A DNA stretch of 64,000 bases. Origin: Leidyana gryllorum EB-2025a. Its lineage: Eukaryota; Protista; Apicomplexa. The notes under the pieces are model-generated. The model ran no database searches. It saw nothing but the letters and a program-made list of their open reading frames with translations, and was not told the origin of the DNA. Positions 36,558-49,983 of this stretch are shown here, piece by piece (the stretch's first letter is position 1; each line of letters starts with the position of its first letter). The position numbers and the translations under genes are program-made. The stretch spans positions 11,515 through 75,514 of the forward strand of contig JBLWGC010000042.1 in assembly GCA_048772705.1 (NCBI GenBank), given 5' to 3'.

Positions 36558-37736
36558 ATGCACAACACTGTTATTCCGTCGATGGCCACTACCACAGTTT
36601 ACCGTCCCACCAACGAGGTGGCAACCAATCTCACGCCCTTTGACCACTCGCGCCACCACGTCTGGGCTCCTCAACAAGAACAACTGGGTGTGGTAGCAGA
36701 CCGATCGGCTGCGTCCCCTACTACTTTTCCAAACCCCCAACAAGAACAACCCTGCTGCCCATGTCGCTGTCACGAGAACGAGAAAGGTGCTTCATCCACA
36801 GTGATCGAAAGTACCACTTACAGTTCACCTCCCCCCACTTTTGGACAGAGGTCAGGCCCCTGTACTTGTCCTGGACCCGTCGCTGTCCTCAATCACAATC
36901 TGCCGACCACGGTGCTGCCAGCAACTATCTCCAAGGAGCGATTGCCGTGTCCGCTGCATGGAGATGAGGTCGCGCACCGCTATCAGATCGCCCCTGTGTC
37001 GGTGCCATCGGCAGCGTCGATACTTGTGACTGCTCGCGAGACGGGATCTGATCTCCAAGCCCATGCAGCCGCCAGGATCGCCCCGGCCAGTCTCCACAGC
37101 GGACGGGTGCCACTTAAGATGACGATGGAAGAGACTACCAACCTCGCTCCTCCTCCCCCCCCGGAAGGACGTCCCAGTGCATTCCCGTTACCCACTTCTC
37201 GCGATGTGTCGCAACAAACTAATTCAAAGATGATTGAGCCTCCAGCGGTGTACGTTGAGGCTCGATATGCACCAGACAACAGCCAGCTGGTGCACCAATT
37301 AGCCCCCGGACTCGAGCCTTCATATCCGCCGCAAGTGGTCCCCGTGTATTTGGACAACGCGCAGTGGCAGAAGAAGAGCGGTGGCGCCGGTTCCTGTGAG
37401 AAGGGGCACCGCTGCAGCAAATGTCTCGCTGAGGACGACAATAAGTGTGGACGATGTGGACGTCCCAATCAACGACGTGCTACGAACGAATCGGCTACCG
37501 GGGGTCGCAAGCAGCCACCCGTGTCGCCGAAGAACTCCAAACGTGGCAAGATTGAGACTAAGCAACGAGAAGTCCGGAGAAAGGAAGATTTGGGAACAGA
37601 TATGGAAGCCTTGGCGGAACAATACCGCGCTCGTGGAAACATCTATGTCGCCAGCCAATCAAATGCATCCGAAGAAGCTTTCCCAGTGGCTCTAGGTCCT
37701 GGTAGATACCGCAAGGCAAACAGAGTCTGCTGCTAG
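36558..37736 (+). CDS. Hypothetical protein with Cys clusters and a C-terminal basic-CC motif
   Basis: 392-aa ORF ending RYRKANRVCC. Confidence 0.7.
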   Translation: MHNTVIPSMATTTVYRPTNEVATNLTPFDHSRHHVWAPQQEQLGVVADRSAASPTTFPNPQQEQPCCPCRCHENEKGASSTVIESTTYSSPPPTFGQRSGPCTCPGPVAVLNHNLPTTVLPATISKERLPCPLHGDEVAHRYQIAPVSVPSAASILVTARETGSDLQAHAAARIAPASLHSGRVPLKMTMEETTNLAPPPPPEGRPSAFPLPTSRDVSQQTNSKMIEPPAVYVEARYAPDNSQLVHQLAPGLEPSYPPQVVPVYLDNAQWQKKSGGAGSCEKGHRCSKCLAEDDNKCGRCGRPNQRRATNESATGGRKQPPVSPKNSKRGKIETKQREVRRKEDLGTDMEALAEQYRARGNIYVASQSNASEEAFPVALGPGRYRKANRVCC

Positions 37737-37853
37737 TTAGAGAGGGGGAGTTGGGACAGATGGTGTGTGACTAAACAGCTTTGTAATTTTACTCTTCATA
37801 CCCTCCTCAGCCAGACAATCCAACCCGTTGAAGTCGCCTTTTTGTCACAGAAG

Positions 37854-38270
37854 ATGGCCACTGCCGCTGTTGCACCTTTCACTCCCTTCCAACAGCCTCC
37901 GATGACCCAGACCATCCCAGCTGCTGCACAATCCACCGCCACAACAACTACTTACGCCGCGGCCGCTCCTGCTGTGCAAACAACTACCTATCAGACGACA
38001 GCATATTCTATGGAAGAGAACCTATATCGTCCCGAAAATGCCGAGTTCGTACCACCTGGACACCCGCTCCGTGGCGGCATGACCCCTCTTTACGACATGA
38101 GTCAAGTTCGAACCTTCCAAGCCTATCCCAGCTTCCAAACCGCTGCTATTGTTCAAGCGCGCGGAGTCGGCTCTGAGCTCGTTTCTGAAGGAGCTCCGTC
38201 CAACGCGGGATCTAAAGCGTTCAGGACTACTGCTCCTTCCGCACTCAAGAAGAGGGCTTTGTGCTGCTGA
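37854..38270 (+). CDS. Hypothetical Thr/Ala/Gln-rich protein with a C-terminal basic-CC motif
   Basis: First ATG at 37854; ends ALKKRALCC. Confidence 0.7.
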   Translation: MATAAVAPFTPFQQPPMTQTIPAAAQSTATTTTYAAAAPAVQTTTYQTTAYSMEENLYRPENAEFVPPGHPLRGGMTPLYDMSQVRTFQAYPSFQTAAIVQARGVGSELVSEGAPSNAGSKAFRTTAPSALKKRALCC

Positions 38271-38366
38271 GCCAATGAATTGGGGTTACTTAGGACGTGC
38301 CACACCATTTTTATTAGTGTCAGACAAGGCAGCATTTTGTTAGTACCTTGTGTGACCACTTACGTT

Positions 38367-40128
38367 ATGAGTAGTATGATCCTGGACCCCAATCTTTCGA
38401 ATATTGAATTAACCATTGCCATGGATTCAGAGTCACTCTGTCGAGCCGCCGACAATGCGTATCTCACCTTCGAGTCGGCTCTCACCCGAGAAAGACTAAC
38501 TGACACTTTCAATGACCTCGGCGACTCCGTATTCATCGGATGGCGCTACAAACGCTCGAACTGTGGAGCTCCATGGTACAAACTAATGACCATTCGAGCT
38601 GATCAATTCATGGGAGAACCACTTCTCCAGGATCTCGCGCAATGTATCCAATGGCTCGCGCCCCATACCATCGAGCGACATATTCACGAGGTACGACTGT
38701 CTGAAATCTCTTGTTCTTGTACTTTCGTGATTCATGAGTAAATCCCGAGAAATCTAGATCGTCTTTGTGTGAGTGACACCTATTTTGCCCTCTCCACTTC
38801 CTGTGCGGCATCGGAACGTCCACTCGGCTGTCTGGCCATGTGACGACGATATACGGTGACGCGTTCAGGGTGGTGGTGTGTGCTTTGCCAGAGACATGTG
38901 TGGTGTGCGGTGCTTGAGCCACCCTTCCCATTGCTGTGTTAGCTGACGTGTAATGCAGAAAAAGACGGAAGGCGAGCACTTCCAAATGGAGCACATTTTG
39001 CGAGCCCACATTGCTCGATTACAACGTGACCTCGATACTGCGGACAAAGCTCTGCGAACGTCGCGGAGCCGAACAGCGTTAATTGAAGAGGATTTCGGCC
39101 GTCTGAAGGAAACCTTGCAGACTGCTACAGTCCAATTACGGAATGTGTCGGAGGGATTGTGTAGTTCGTCCGTGACGTCTCGACTATTGAGGCTGGCTAA
39201 TGAAATGGAGAAAGCTCGAAACAATGTTAGCTACGAAGGTGCTCAAGTGCAGGCGCCAACACCCCAGATGCCAACGCCCCAAATACCGCCGCCAGTACAC
39301 CCTTCTCAACGTTCATCAGGAAACCGTTCCACTCGGCTCCCAGATCAGCCGGCTTTGGAGCATTCTGACCGGCTGTTCCCGTACAGTGGAGACGAACCTG
39401 TGCTCTCGTCCATCGTCTCTCGTCGACCGCAAGATTTTGGGCCTAATTTGACCATGCGGGACAAACCTCCTCGCATACTCCGCTTACCGTCCACAGATCC
39501 GCCACCCGGCTGCGCGCCCACCTCCCCAACCGAAGTCAGAATATCATCGCAACAGACCCGTCCCCCGCGACCTCCTCCGCCTACGAAGTTCAAGGGTGCG
39601 TCAGCCACCACAGCGGTTGGTGGTGGTGGCGGTGCGACTGGCAGTAGAACAGCAGGAACAGGAGGCGCTTGTTCACAACCGGGGAGCGGTTTCTCACAGC
39701 CACTGACGGGAATTGGTTTCTCACAGCCGCAAAGCGGAGGTGGTTATTCACAGTCCCACGCCCGGCCAAGCCAACTTACGCCGTCCGCGTCGCGGCGAGG
39801 GTCAGGCGTGAGGCGTCCCTCCCTGTCCCAAGGCCAGGACCCACCAGCGGCGTCCGGGAGTCTGCGAGGCAGAGACTTTGAGAGAGGAAGCTTTTCTCAG
39901 ACATCCGGCCGGTTTGTGCGAGCAGAAAGTCAGGACAGGGCAGCGGACCTGAAGTTCCGAATGCACTCTCGGCGGACGAGTTTGGTGCGGAGTGCGAGTT
40001 TACAGGAGGAGGAGGGCGAGAATATTGCGCCCGTGAAGGCGACGAGAGGCAAGGAATTATTTGATCGAGTGCACATCGAGAAGCCAGCTCGCGGCCTTTC
40101 TCGTCTACAAGCAGACAGGGGGGGTTAA
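38367..40128 (+). CDS. Hypothetical protein: globular head, coiled coil and disordered Pro/Ser/Gly/Arg tail
   Basis: ORFs 38280 and 38953 are separated by GT..AG-bounded segments; exact middle exons are uncertain. Confidence 0.5.
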
Positions 40129-40199
40129 GCGTAAGTAATTAGGAGGTACGGAGCCAAAACCTGGGCACAAAAAGGTAGAAAAAAGACTGGACAGGAGCC

Positions 40200-41887
40200 A
40201 TGGCAAGTGACGATGGCTTAGCCAAACAGGTGTGTCAGCGTACTACAATGAATCTGCCAACACAACAACGAATTGCAGACTTTCGACGGGCTCGATGTTG
40301 CCAAGCTCACCCCCGTCACCCCTGAGGTGATGAGTCGACAGGCCACTATCAACATTGGTATGACAAACTCTTCTTTTCCGTGCTTCATCTTATCCAGGTA
40401 CCATTGGCCATGTCGCTCACGGGAAGTCCACTGTTGTTCGAGCCATTTCGGGCGTGCAGACTGTCCGTTTCAAGAATGAAAAGGAGCGTAACATCACCAT
40501 CAAATTGGGTTACGCTAATGCAAAACTCTATAAGTGCACCAACCCCGATTGTCCGCCTCCCGATTGCTACGCGTCCTATGGCTCCAGTCACACTGATACC
40601 CCCCCATGCCTTCGAGAAGGATGTGGAGGGACCATGAAACTCATGCGTCACGTGTCCTTCGTCGACTGTCCTGGTCACGATATCCTCATGGCCACAATGC
40701 TCAACGGAGCGGCTGTCATGGACGCCGCTTTGCTCCTTATTGCTGGAAATGAGAGCTGTCCTCAGCCGCAAACGGCCGAGCATCTTGCAGCAGTGGAGAT
40801 TATGAAGCTTCGCCACATTATTGTTCTGCAAAACAAAGTGGAGCTTATCAAACCTGATGCCTGTTTGATCCAACTAGATCAAATCAAAGACTTCATCACC
40901 GGTACCGCCGCCGACAGAGCGCCCATCATCCCGGTAAACACCGCTATTATTGCCCCTCGCCTCATCTTACTCCATACTCTCCTAGATTTCGGCTATCTTG
41001 AAGTACAACATGGATGTGGTCGTCGAGTACCTCTGCACCCAAGTTCCCGTTCCGGTTCGCGACTTCACCTCCGCACCCGAGATGATCGTTATCCGAAGTT
41101 TCGATGTCAACAAGGTGAGTAAATCCCCTTTGGAATCCCACAATTCCCTTTGCTCAGCCTGGAGAGCCAGTCGAGCACATGCGCGGTGGTGTTGCTGGTG
41201 GATCCATATTGAAGGGCGTCCTCAAAGTTGGAGATGTGATCGAAACTCGGCCGGGTGTCGTGGTCAAAACGACTTCTGGCAAGTTTGATGTTCGTCCCCT
41301 GCGATCGACGTGAGTGAATGATCGTGTTTGCGCTCCTATCGCCTCATTCCCGATTTTCAGCATTGTTTCACTGCTGGCGGAACAGAATGAGTTGCAGTAC
41401 GCCGTGCCTGGTGGTCTGATTGGCGTTGGAACCAGCATCGACCCGACTCAAACACGTGCTGACAAGCTGGTCGGACAGGTGTTGGGCAGACCGGAGTCCA
41501 TGCCTGATGTTTTTGACACTCTTGAGGTCAATTACTACTTGTTGAGACGTTTGATCGGCATCAAGATAAAGAAAAGTTCCAAGATTGACAAGAGCAAGAA
41601 GGCGACCAAAGTCAAACCCCTCGAAAAGGGTGAAATCCTCATGGTCAACATCGGCAGCACGTCTGCTGGTGGACAAATCTCGAGCATCAAAGACGATATT
41701 GCCAAATTCAAACTGTTCTGGCCCGTGTGCACACGCGTAAGTTTATATATACACAGAAACACTGATACTCTTCATGCAGGTGGGCGACAAAGTTGCACTG
41801 TCTAGAAGGGTTGAGAAGAACTGGCGACTCATTGGATGGGGCCAGATCGTGCGCGGTACCCCAATCGAGCTTCGGGAACCGTTTTAG
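40200..41887 (+). CDS. EIF2S3: Translation initiation factor eIF2 gamma subunit
   Basis: [48 protein letters not shown] and [14 protein letters not shown]; six short introns. Confidence 0.97.
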
Positions 41888-44800
41888 GCACCTTGCTGGT
41901 ATTTGCGAAGATAGTCAAAGAGCACGCTTTCTTCAGGTGCATACTTCTGCAGTTGTTGTGGAGTGTCAATCACCACCAACTCGGTCAGTTTGTGACCTGT
42001 TGGAGTATCTGTGACTGTTGTATAGCTGACCACGTCCGGCCACTGCGGCTGTCTGAAAACGACCGATTTCACTCCGATCAAAGCGAGACAGTCGTCCATG
42101 GCCAAACTACTCGCCTTATATCCCTTTCGCAGTTTCTTTAGCTCCTTTTTCGGCATCGAGCTATTCCCCGCCCCAGCGGAGTCGCTCAGCACCCGCCATC
42201 TCACAGCTACCTGATCGCATAATCCAATCGAAATGAGACGCCGGGTAACTTGTCTCTGTGGTGTCAAAAACGGGAGTGATGAGACGGCATCGCTGGTTTT
42301 CACTTACCGCTATTGGATTGGGCTTTGACAGTTTGGTAAAGTTGCCAATTATTGCCTGGAAGTCGTTGGTATTCAGCTGATAGGGCTTCCCTCCTAACAT
42401 CTTCCGTTCCAGTTCCGATCGTTCGCCCTCTGTGAGACAATGAGTCAAAGCCATTTTCATCACGCCGTGTGCTGTTAGAACGGCTTCCTTGAGCTTCAGA
42501 TAGTTGAATTTGAAGCGTTTACACTCATCCTCTCGGTCGGCCTCCGACTTGAGCTGGCAAAAGTACCACAGGATTGACAGATAAAAGTCAGCATCGTCAA
42601 CGGGTACCCAAGTCTTCTTGGTGAAGCGATCCATGACTGACGGGTCTGCCTCGTCTTCGAACCATTCCGGGACCGCCTCACTTCCCATTTCCAGCCCAGC
42701 CGCGGCGATGGCTGTGAATGGAAGTATCAGAAACTGTTTGGCTTGTCTGCCGAAGTGGATAGATTTCGCCACAGATCTCCCAAATCGAGGATGTAGTGGG
42801 AACTTGGCTGCAGCCACTCCGTCATTGGTGAGTTGCAGTTTTCGTTCACTCATCGAGTTCGACACGGCCAGTGTGGTTGGCCGGTGAGAGTCAGCAACGA
42901 TCAGTTGCAGAGTTTCGAGTCGTTTAAGAGCCGCCTCGATATCCATTTGGCGAGGAGCCGACGGGAAAGGAAACATTCTGGGGTTAGGAAGTCCAATGTT
43001 CACCAGATAGAGCATAACTCTATCAAGAGGAGCCGTCTCCATCTCCACAGGAGGGTACTCGCTGAATTCGTGCTCGAAGACAGCAGAGCTATATAGTCTA
43101 TAACAGTGTCCGGGACCAACACGTCCCGCACGTCCCGCTCTCTGCCCCGCGTTGGCTTTGGAGATTGCAGCAATCTGAAAGGTGGAGCTGACCCCACCCC
43201 GATGGTAGACTTTGCGCTTCTCAAAGCCTGGGTCCACCACGTAGCGGACGTTGGGTAAAGTAATCGATGTCTCGGCAACATTTGTGGCCAATATAACAAT
43301 CCTCTCATCAGTCTCGGGAGGCTTGAAAGCCAACTCTTGTTTTTCTCTCGTTGCGTTGGCATATAGCGTCCGGATAACCAGTTTGCCCTCACCAAATCCG
43401 CTGCCCTTCCATTCCTCAGTCATCTGGTTCTCCTTCCCCAAAACAACGTTGGGGTCGAGTTCTTCCGACTCACTATCCGGTTCGGTCGTTTCAGTGCCGT
43501 TGAGATCAAAGTTGTCTTTATTACCCTCCGTCTCTTCGTCGTCTTCCGACGAGGCAGAGTCATCGTCGTCTATGTAGGCCGAGACGTCCTCTTCCGCAGC
43601 CTGAAGGTCCATGTTTTCCACGGCCTCCTCGTCGGCGTCCTCGAGATCACAGACCCTGTTCACATAGCCCGGCTTCCCTCTCGCTCCGGGACCTCGGCGA
43701 CCTCGTAACTCATCTTGCAGTTGCAGAATTTCCCTTTTGCCGGTCAGGAAGACCAATACGGAGCCTGGAGGCAGCTTCCTGTGGATCTGCAGGACCCGTT
43801 TTCGCGCGTCGTCGAGATAATTCTCAGGCGTTTTCTTGTTGAAATGGCACTGAACTTTGTGAGTTCGGGCCTCGATATGATGCGTGGCGGGCAACTGAGC
43901 GAACAGACTTCTGTTCGACATAAAGTCACACAGTCTCATGGTAGCAGACATGAGAACGAGTTTGAGGGGTGGCAACTTCAAGGTGCCTTCGTCCCACAGA
44001 CGCTGTCGTTGGAGCACAATGCGTGACAGAATTCCCAAAAGGAGATCACAATTGATCGACCTCTCGTGTACTTCATCTATGACAATGACAGAATACTTTG
44101 TCAGGAGCATATCTTCCTCCAGAAGCTTCACCAGAATACCGTCTGTCATAACATGGATTCTTGGATCTCCTCCTCCGCCTTCCAACTCGCCACGGAATTG
44201 ATGGCACACATACTGTCCATGCTCGGACCCCAACTCCTCTCGTAGTCGTCGAGCCACCGCCAGAGTGGCCACTCGCCGGGGCTGTGTGACGGCAATCCGA
44301 GATCGTGTAATCACTCGATCTCTGGACACTGTTATGGCGGGGTCGTGTTTCATACTGAACCCAGCTTCGTAAAGAAACTGGGGGACTTGCGTACTTTTAC
44401 CACATCCAGTATCACCAGTGATAAGCGTTACGTTATTATATAGTACTTTGTCCACCACCTCCTGTTCCATCAAACAGGCTGGCAACTTGAGACGTACTTT
44501 TTCCACCTCCTTGGTTCTCATGACCACTTGCCGATCCAGGGCTTTGAACCACCCCGGTAGTGCTGATGAGCCGGCCGATGGCGGTGGAGGTGTGAGTTGT
44601 GGTTCAGCGTCAGTCCCAGCTCGTGAGGCCGAGCCGTCATTTATGGTACTGGGGGTCGTAGCCGACGTCAGAGCGCCGCCAGCAGCCGGGGATGTTTGAG
44701 AGGCACGTGCTAACAGATCTTTTCGGGACGCACGCAGAATAGCGGCATCCTGAACTTCAATCTCGGCTGCCTTGGCAACCTTGTCATCATATTTAGATCG

Positions 44801-45190
44801 CAAGGATTGTGCTTTCTGGACCAAATGCGGAGGTATTGGGACCTTAAGCTCTTCCAATTGTTCGTAAGCGGCCACAAAGCGTTTCGCACTGAGGCGAGGG
44901 TCGCTGAGGTGCTGGAGTAAATTTAGTTTTCTCGCTTGGTCTGCATCCAACTTGTGAGCCCGCAGCAGAGGTTGCACCCGGGTCTCTTGCTCCTTGAGCT
45001 TATTCTTTCTTTCTAACTGTGCAATCTTCTTTCTAGCTCGCTTCGTCAAGACGGGTTGTTCAGATTTCACATCTGTTGTTGGGCGCTTCTTGGAACGGCA
45101 AGGAAGAATAAAGTCCGCAGGGAGCGGTTGGGAGGTCGAAGAGTTGTTTGGATCGAATTCAATGAGGTCGATGAGCTGTGGTGAGCTCAT
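41884..45190 (-). CDS. DHX37: DEAH-box RNA helicase DHX37/Dhr1
   Basis: [36 protein letters not shown] and QRAGRAGR. One intron near 42257-42308 leads to the last exon [17 protein letters not shown]. Confidence 0.9.
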
Positions 45191-45298
45191 CTGGCCTGAA
45201 CTGTGAAGCAGGACTCACACGACGATTTATTTCGCTGCTCGGGCTACCGTTCAAAAAAAAGGCGGCCAGCCCACTAATTGTTGTTTCCCCTCCACCTC

Positions 45299-47942
45299 TC
45301 AAGCGTACATCCCAGGCGTCTTGCGAACGCGGAAGAAATCAGTATAATCGTTCGGTGCAATCACGTCATAACAGATGACTGGGAAGTTCTTGTAGGAAGT
45401 AGAGTAACCTGGCAACATTTTCAGTCCAGTCCCTTTGTCCGGCACTCTCAGGTCTTCGACGTCAAAGTACATCTTACGCACGTTGTAGCTCGTGTCTTTC
45501 TGCCCCTCTTTCTTGTTCGAGGGACGGATAGGAGGTACATCCTCATCAAAACCGTCCGTGAACATCGTGATCTGATCCTCAGCCAGAGGAGCTAACCGGG
45601 TAGCCGAAGCACTCTGACGGTGACCAGTCGAAAGGCTCTGTTTCTTGCTGCTCATCCGCGAGCCGCGACCTCCAACACTGGCGCTCTTCGACCTCGAGCT
45701 CTCTCGAGAGTCCAGCACGCTCTCTTGCCGCTGTCCCATGTGCGCATTGCGAGGCACCTGGCGTGCCTGGGGAGGAGGGGGTCGCCGGGCACTGCTCGAC
45801 ATGGATGAGCTGCTGGTTTCACCCGAACCCGAGCTCGATGTGTAGGTGCTGCTGCTGGAAATGGTCTCTTTGCGACGATCCCCAGTGCGGCAGACACCAC
45901 ATACGTGACCGCGAGCACGTTTCGGAGAGGTCAAAGAGGAGCTGACCTTAGAGCTTTGCAGACTCTTGTTGCGCACATCGATCTCATTGGTGGTCTGAGT
46001 GTCAGTGTAAGTCTCTGTGGTCACGCTGGACGAAGTGTACGAGCTCGTCGAGGTGATGGTAGAGCCGCCTCGGCGTTGTACTCCACAGCAAGCGCGCGAC
46101 TTGCGCACCGGCATGCTGGAATTCAAACTCGAACTCTCAGCCACAGACGCCCGGGGAGGATAGCTGGGAGGTACCTCAGCACCAGCCACAAACCGAGCGG
46201 GGTTCTGAGCGTGATATCGGATAGAAGACTCGCTCGTCTCATCAGTGCTGCCAGACTCGTGGGACAAAGTCACCACTTGGACATATTGGTTGGGAGCCGT
46301 CGCATCGTACTTGATCTCATAGGTCCCTTGGGAGGCAGTACCGTAAACAGATCCTCCGTCTGCCGTGATCACCTTCTTGGTCCCGCAGCAGCCAAGCTGC
46401 TCTTGATGGGGCTGCAGAGACACATAGTGGGTGCTGGACATCGAGCCGGTCCCGTTCGCAGTGTTCAAACGCGACTCAGCCACAGCCTGAAGGTCGATCG
46501 GATGCTGCGGGCCGAGAGACTCCACAGCTGCCGCAGGAACGGGAGTCTGGCGAGAAGCCGATCGAGTGCTGCCACCCTGCACTACGGACTCGCCAATGTC
46601 TCGAGGCTGTACAGTCGGGAGGCGAGCGTCTTCCATAGATCCTTCGGATTCAGTATAGTCTGTAGAGCGATCGTCTGGCTGTGAAACCTTCCTCCTCGGG
46701 GCAATCGCGCCCTTAGGCAAGACGTGTTTGCCTGTTTTCGGGTCGCGCTTCACCTCCTTCTCTTTACCCAGGTCGTTGTCCAACAGAATATTGTTGGGCG
46801 CCGTCTCATCAAAATAGAATATTGTGAAGGGCGAAGTGAAGGAGTCTTTGCCACCCGCCGAGGCATTGAAGTTCTTATGCTTTGCCAGAATGTGATCAGG
46901 GCACTCGGTAGGTCCCGCACGCACTGCCATCAGATACTTGTCCTTATACTCCCACGGAGTTGAGTCACATGCAGATGCAGCGGCTTCGCTTGAGTTATCC
47001 ACAGAAAAACCTCTCGGACGGAACTGCAACCCGCCAGTCTGATCTGGTACTGGAACGGTAACCCAAGCATTCGGTGAATCCTTCTTTGTTTGTCCGAATG
47101 TTCCGGGCTTTACCACCATTGACTCCTCGACTTCTTGGCCAACTTTTGATTGGCGCTTAGGTTTTGGTGGTGGCAACAATTTGGAAGTGGGCAGGGCGGG
47201 TTGCTGCGTTTTGGGCAACTCGACGGAAGGGATGGGGCCCACAGGATTGGCGGCATGGCTGGTGTGCTGCGCAAACAGATTGAACTCAGGAGACATGAAA
47301 GCCAACAGCACGACGATCATTGCAGCATAGACAAACGACGGACAAAAGCTCTACCCCATACCATTGATCAACGTGACTTGCCAAGAAACAACACACACGT
47401 ATATCAAATTGGTGCTGTACTTCACATGACGGGTGTAAAGAAGACTTACATGTACGGGATCATGAGCCAAGGGGGAAGAAGCCCCCAGGCTCGCCCCACC
47501 ATGTGAGGGAAGGGCATTTTGGTCGTAAGCAGGTGGTGCTTGCATGAAGATGGATGAAGTGAGGTTAGGTTGTTGAGAAACATTTTGCAGTGTTGGCAAG
47601 CGAGCTTGCTGGCCGAGCGAAGTATATGTCGGCGGCTCAACACGCGACTCGACCCGAGACGCTAATGCATGAGTATGCGATTTATTGGCATATGGCGCGA
47701 GTGCTGACGCGGCCAGGGGAGTCTGTGGAATAAGCGGTTTGAGAGGGCAGAAGTGGATTGTTTGTCACCTGCACAAGTGTTGGGACCCCTCCCGTCGCAG
47801 TGGATGGCATTTGGGCACTGACCACCCATCGCGGTGGTTGGTGTGTCGGTTGAGGTTGTGATTGCGAGGTTGAGGTGACTGATTCGGAGCTGGTAAGATT
47901 ACTTGACGAGTCCTCTGGCTGGTAATTGGGAGGGTTAATCAT
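45299..47942 (-). CDS. Hypothetical Ser/Thr/Arg-rich protein with internal CC motifs
   Basis: 673-aa ORF plus two upstream exons joinable in phase; motifs LGCCGTKK, RACCGVQRR and HVCGVCR. Confidence 0.65.
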
Positions 47943-48017
47943 CCTTGGGCCTGATAGAATTCCAGATCACTCGACGTTTTTGGCGTTTTCGACTGCTAAG
48001 AGTCCCATTCTGCACAC

Positions 48018-49522
48018 ATGGCGACGTCAGTGGACCTTGTGATCCAGTGGCGGGCCTTCCTGGGAGGGAAAGCGGAGCAAATAGCACATCTACAGGGTCT
48101 ATATGGGTCAATAGCCGCGGGATTGACGGCACCGACAGGTACTGTTGTCTTTTGAGTGTTCCAATAACGCTGCAGTCAGTCACTTGGACGGTTTAGACCT
48201 ACGGCAAGTGGCAGTGAATGATATTCCGCGACTGGCGGCCAGTTTGGTGGTACGAATTCACGACCTTTTGGAATTGGAGCATCAAGATGGTTTGAGCTCA
48301 TATACTGCATTACTACATACAGTCAAGTTTCCCATGCCGGAGATGACCAAGAACATGCTATGCGTTTGTTTGTTGACGAGGGCTCCGGCATTGACTCAAT
48401 GGTTGTCTATGGCTGCTGAGTTGGCCTTATCAGCGGTCGAGACCAATGCAAATCTCGACATAATGGCCCATCGAATATTAAGCGGGATTTGGATGTTCAT
48501 TTCCCACATTCTCATCAATGCTTATTCAGTAGATACTCGTATGGTTCTCTGCGAGTCAAGCGGTTTGTGTCAGGTCTTCGCTTCCGCGGCCATCCGTCCT
48601 CGGCTGCAGCTGGATCCGGACTATGACTGCGAGGTCCAGCTAGCCGTGGTGGTGGACGCTTTGGGGCCATCGAGCTTTTGGTCTACCTCTCTGCAGGTCT
48701 CAGAATGGCGCGATGTAGTATTAACAAAGATGGCGGTGCTCCTCGACTACCACAAAAGATCGCCCTCTTCGAGCAAAATGGAACCAATGTTACTGGGGTT
48801 ACGTACCGTCACCCATCTCTGCTTGACTTCCGAAGTGTTCGCACACCACCTAGCTGCCAACGCCTCTCTCATACAGAGACTGCTCCATCTGGTCTTCTCC
48901 ATTGCCGAGTCGCCTGACTGCGAGTGGGCTTATCACAATCTCGTTTGGCTCAAGTCCGTAGATAACAATGGAGACATGCAACGTCCGTATTTCATCGAAG
49001 ATGAAGAGGCCGTCCCAGTTAATTTTACCATAATGACTTCCAGCCAATGCCTCACGGCTTTACACTTTGCTGCAAGAAGCTCAATCGGAGCAGACATGAT
49101 AAGGCAGGATGGAGCCCGAGCCTTGAAGAGCATCCGTCGCCTTGTTGAACTCCATGGAGATGAATTACTGCACAAGTTTAACCTGTGGCCAATGGTTGTG
49201 GGCTTGATGCCCGCCTGTGCATTCGGCGAGACTACTAGTCCGGTCGACGCCATCCCTTCCAAAGTCAGAAGGTACGTACAGCTGCACAGTCCACTCACAG
49301 TAATCTGGTTCCAGCTTCAAGCACTACAGCATGATGCTCCGCTGTAATTACTGCTCGCGGATCGCTGTGGGATCACGCCAGCTCAAGATTTGTGGAGAGT
49401 GCCACCTGGTGCGCTATTGTGGTCGGGAGTGTCAACAACAGGATTGGCAGGCAACCCACAGCGTCCTGTGCCGTCATTTCGCGTCTGGCGGGGGCTCAAC
49501 TAACCTTAAGGTGCCGGCCTAG
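48018..49522 (+). CDS. MYND zinc-finger protein with a helical N-terminal region
   Basis: CNYC..LKICGECHLVRYCGRECQQQDWQATHSVLC; two introns. Confidence 0.85.
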
Positions 49523-49983
49523 TCCAAAGCCTGTGGGCCAGCAACCGCACTGTGCTGCTCTGTACTGATCATATACATTTGAGAAACAAACAGATTGTCA
49601 ATGAAAAGCACCCTGTGGTCGAGAGAAGGCCAAATGAGAGATGCGACGGTGGATCGGGTACTAAGAGAGAGACATTGAGTGGTCCTTCGCCACAGGCTGA
49701 CTGGCGCTCTCTGATCAAAAGGAATAACTACCTTTCGGCAAACTTTGTAGAGAGAGACATAGGGTTCGCTAGCTCTAGCACGACCAAATACGACAACTGG
49801 GCACCTGAGAGACTTCTGCAGGGACCTACTCGAGATGAGATCAGCATTTCAGGTTCTCAGCGCAATTTCAATTCAGTTTATGAGACTCACAGAGGGCTAC
49901 TGAAGGCAAGTACTTAAACCTGGACACTCAGCAACCCAGAAGGGAGGCGATAGAGGGAAACACTTGGGATCGGACTTTAACAT

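Noticed and set aside
38367-39230. SAS-6/CCDC61/XRCC4-like head plus coiled coil
   Set aside because: The architecture is suggestive only, the exon structure is uncertain, and no diagnostic motif was seen.
45299-47320. Immune-mapped protein (IMP1/2) similarity
   Set aside because: The resemblance is too vague to support without an HMM search.
49523-49983. ORF 49552-49917 or an RNA gene in the gap (also 55514-55954)
   Set aside because: Non-ATG starts and no motifs; the first gap is partly homologous to the P5CR 3' flank; no tRNA or snRNA signature was recognised.
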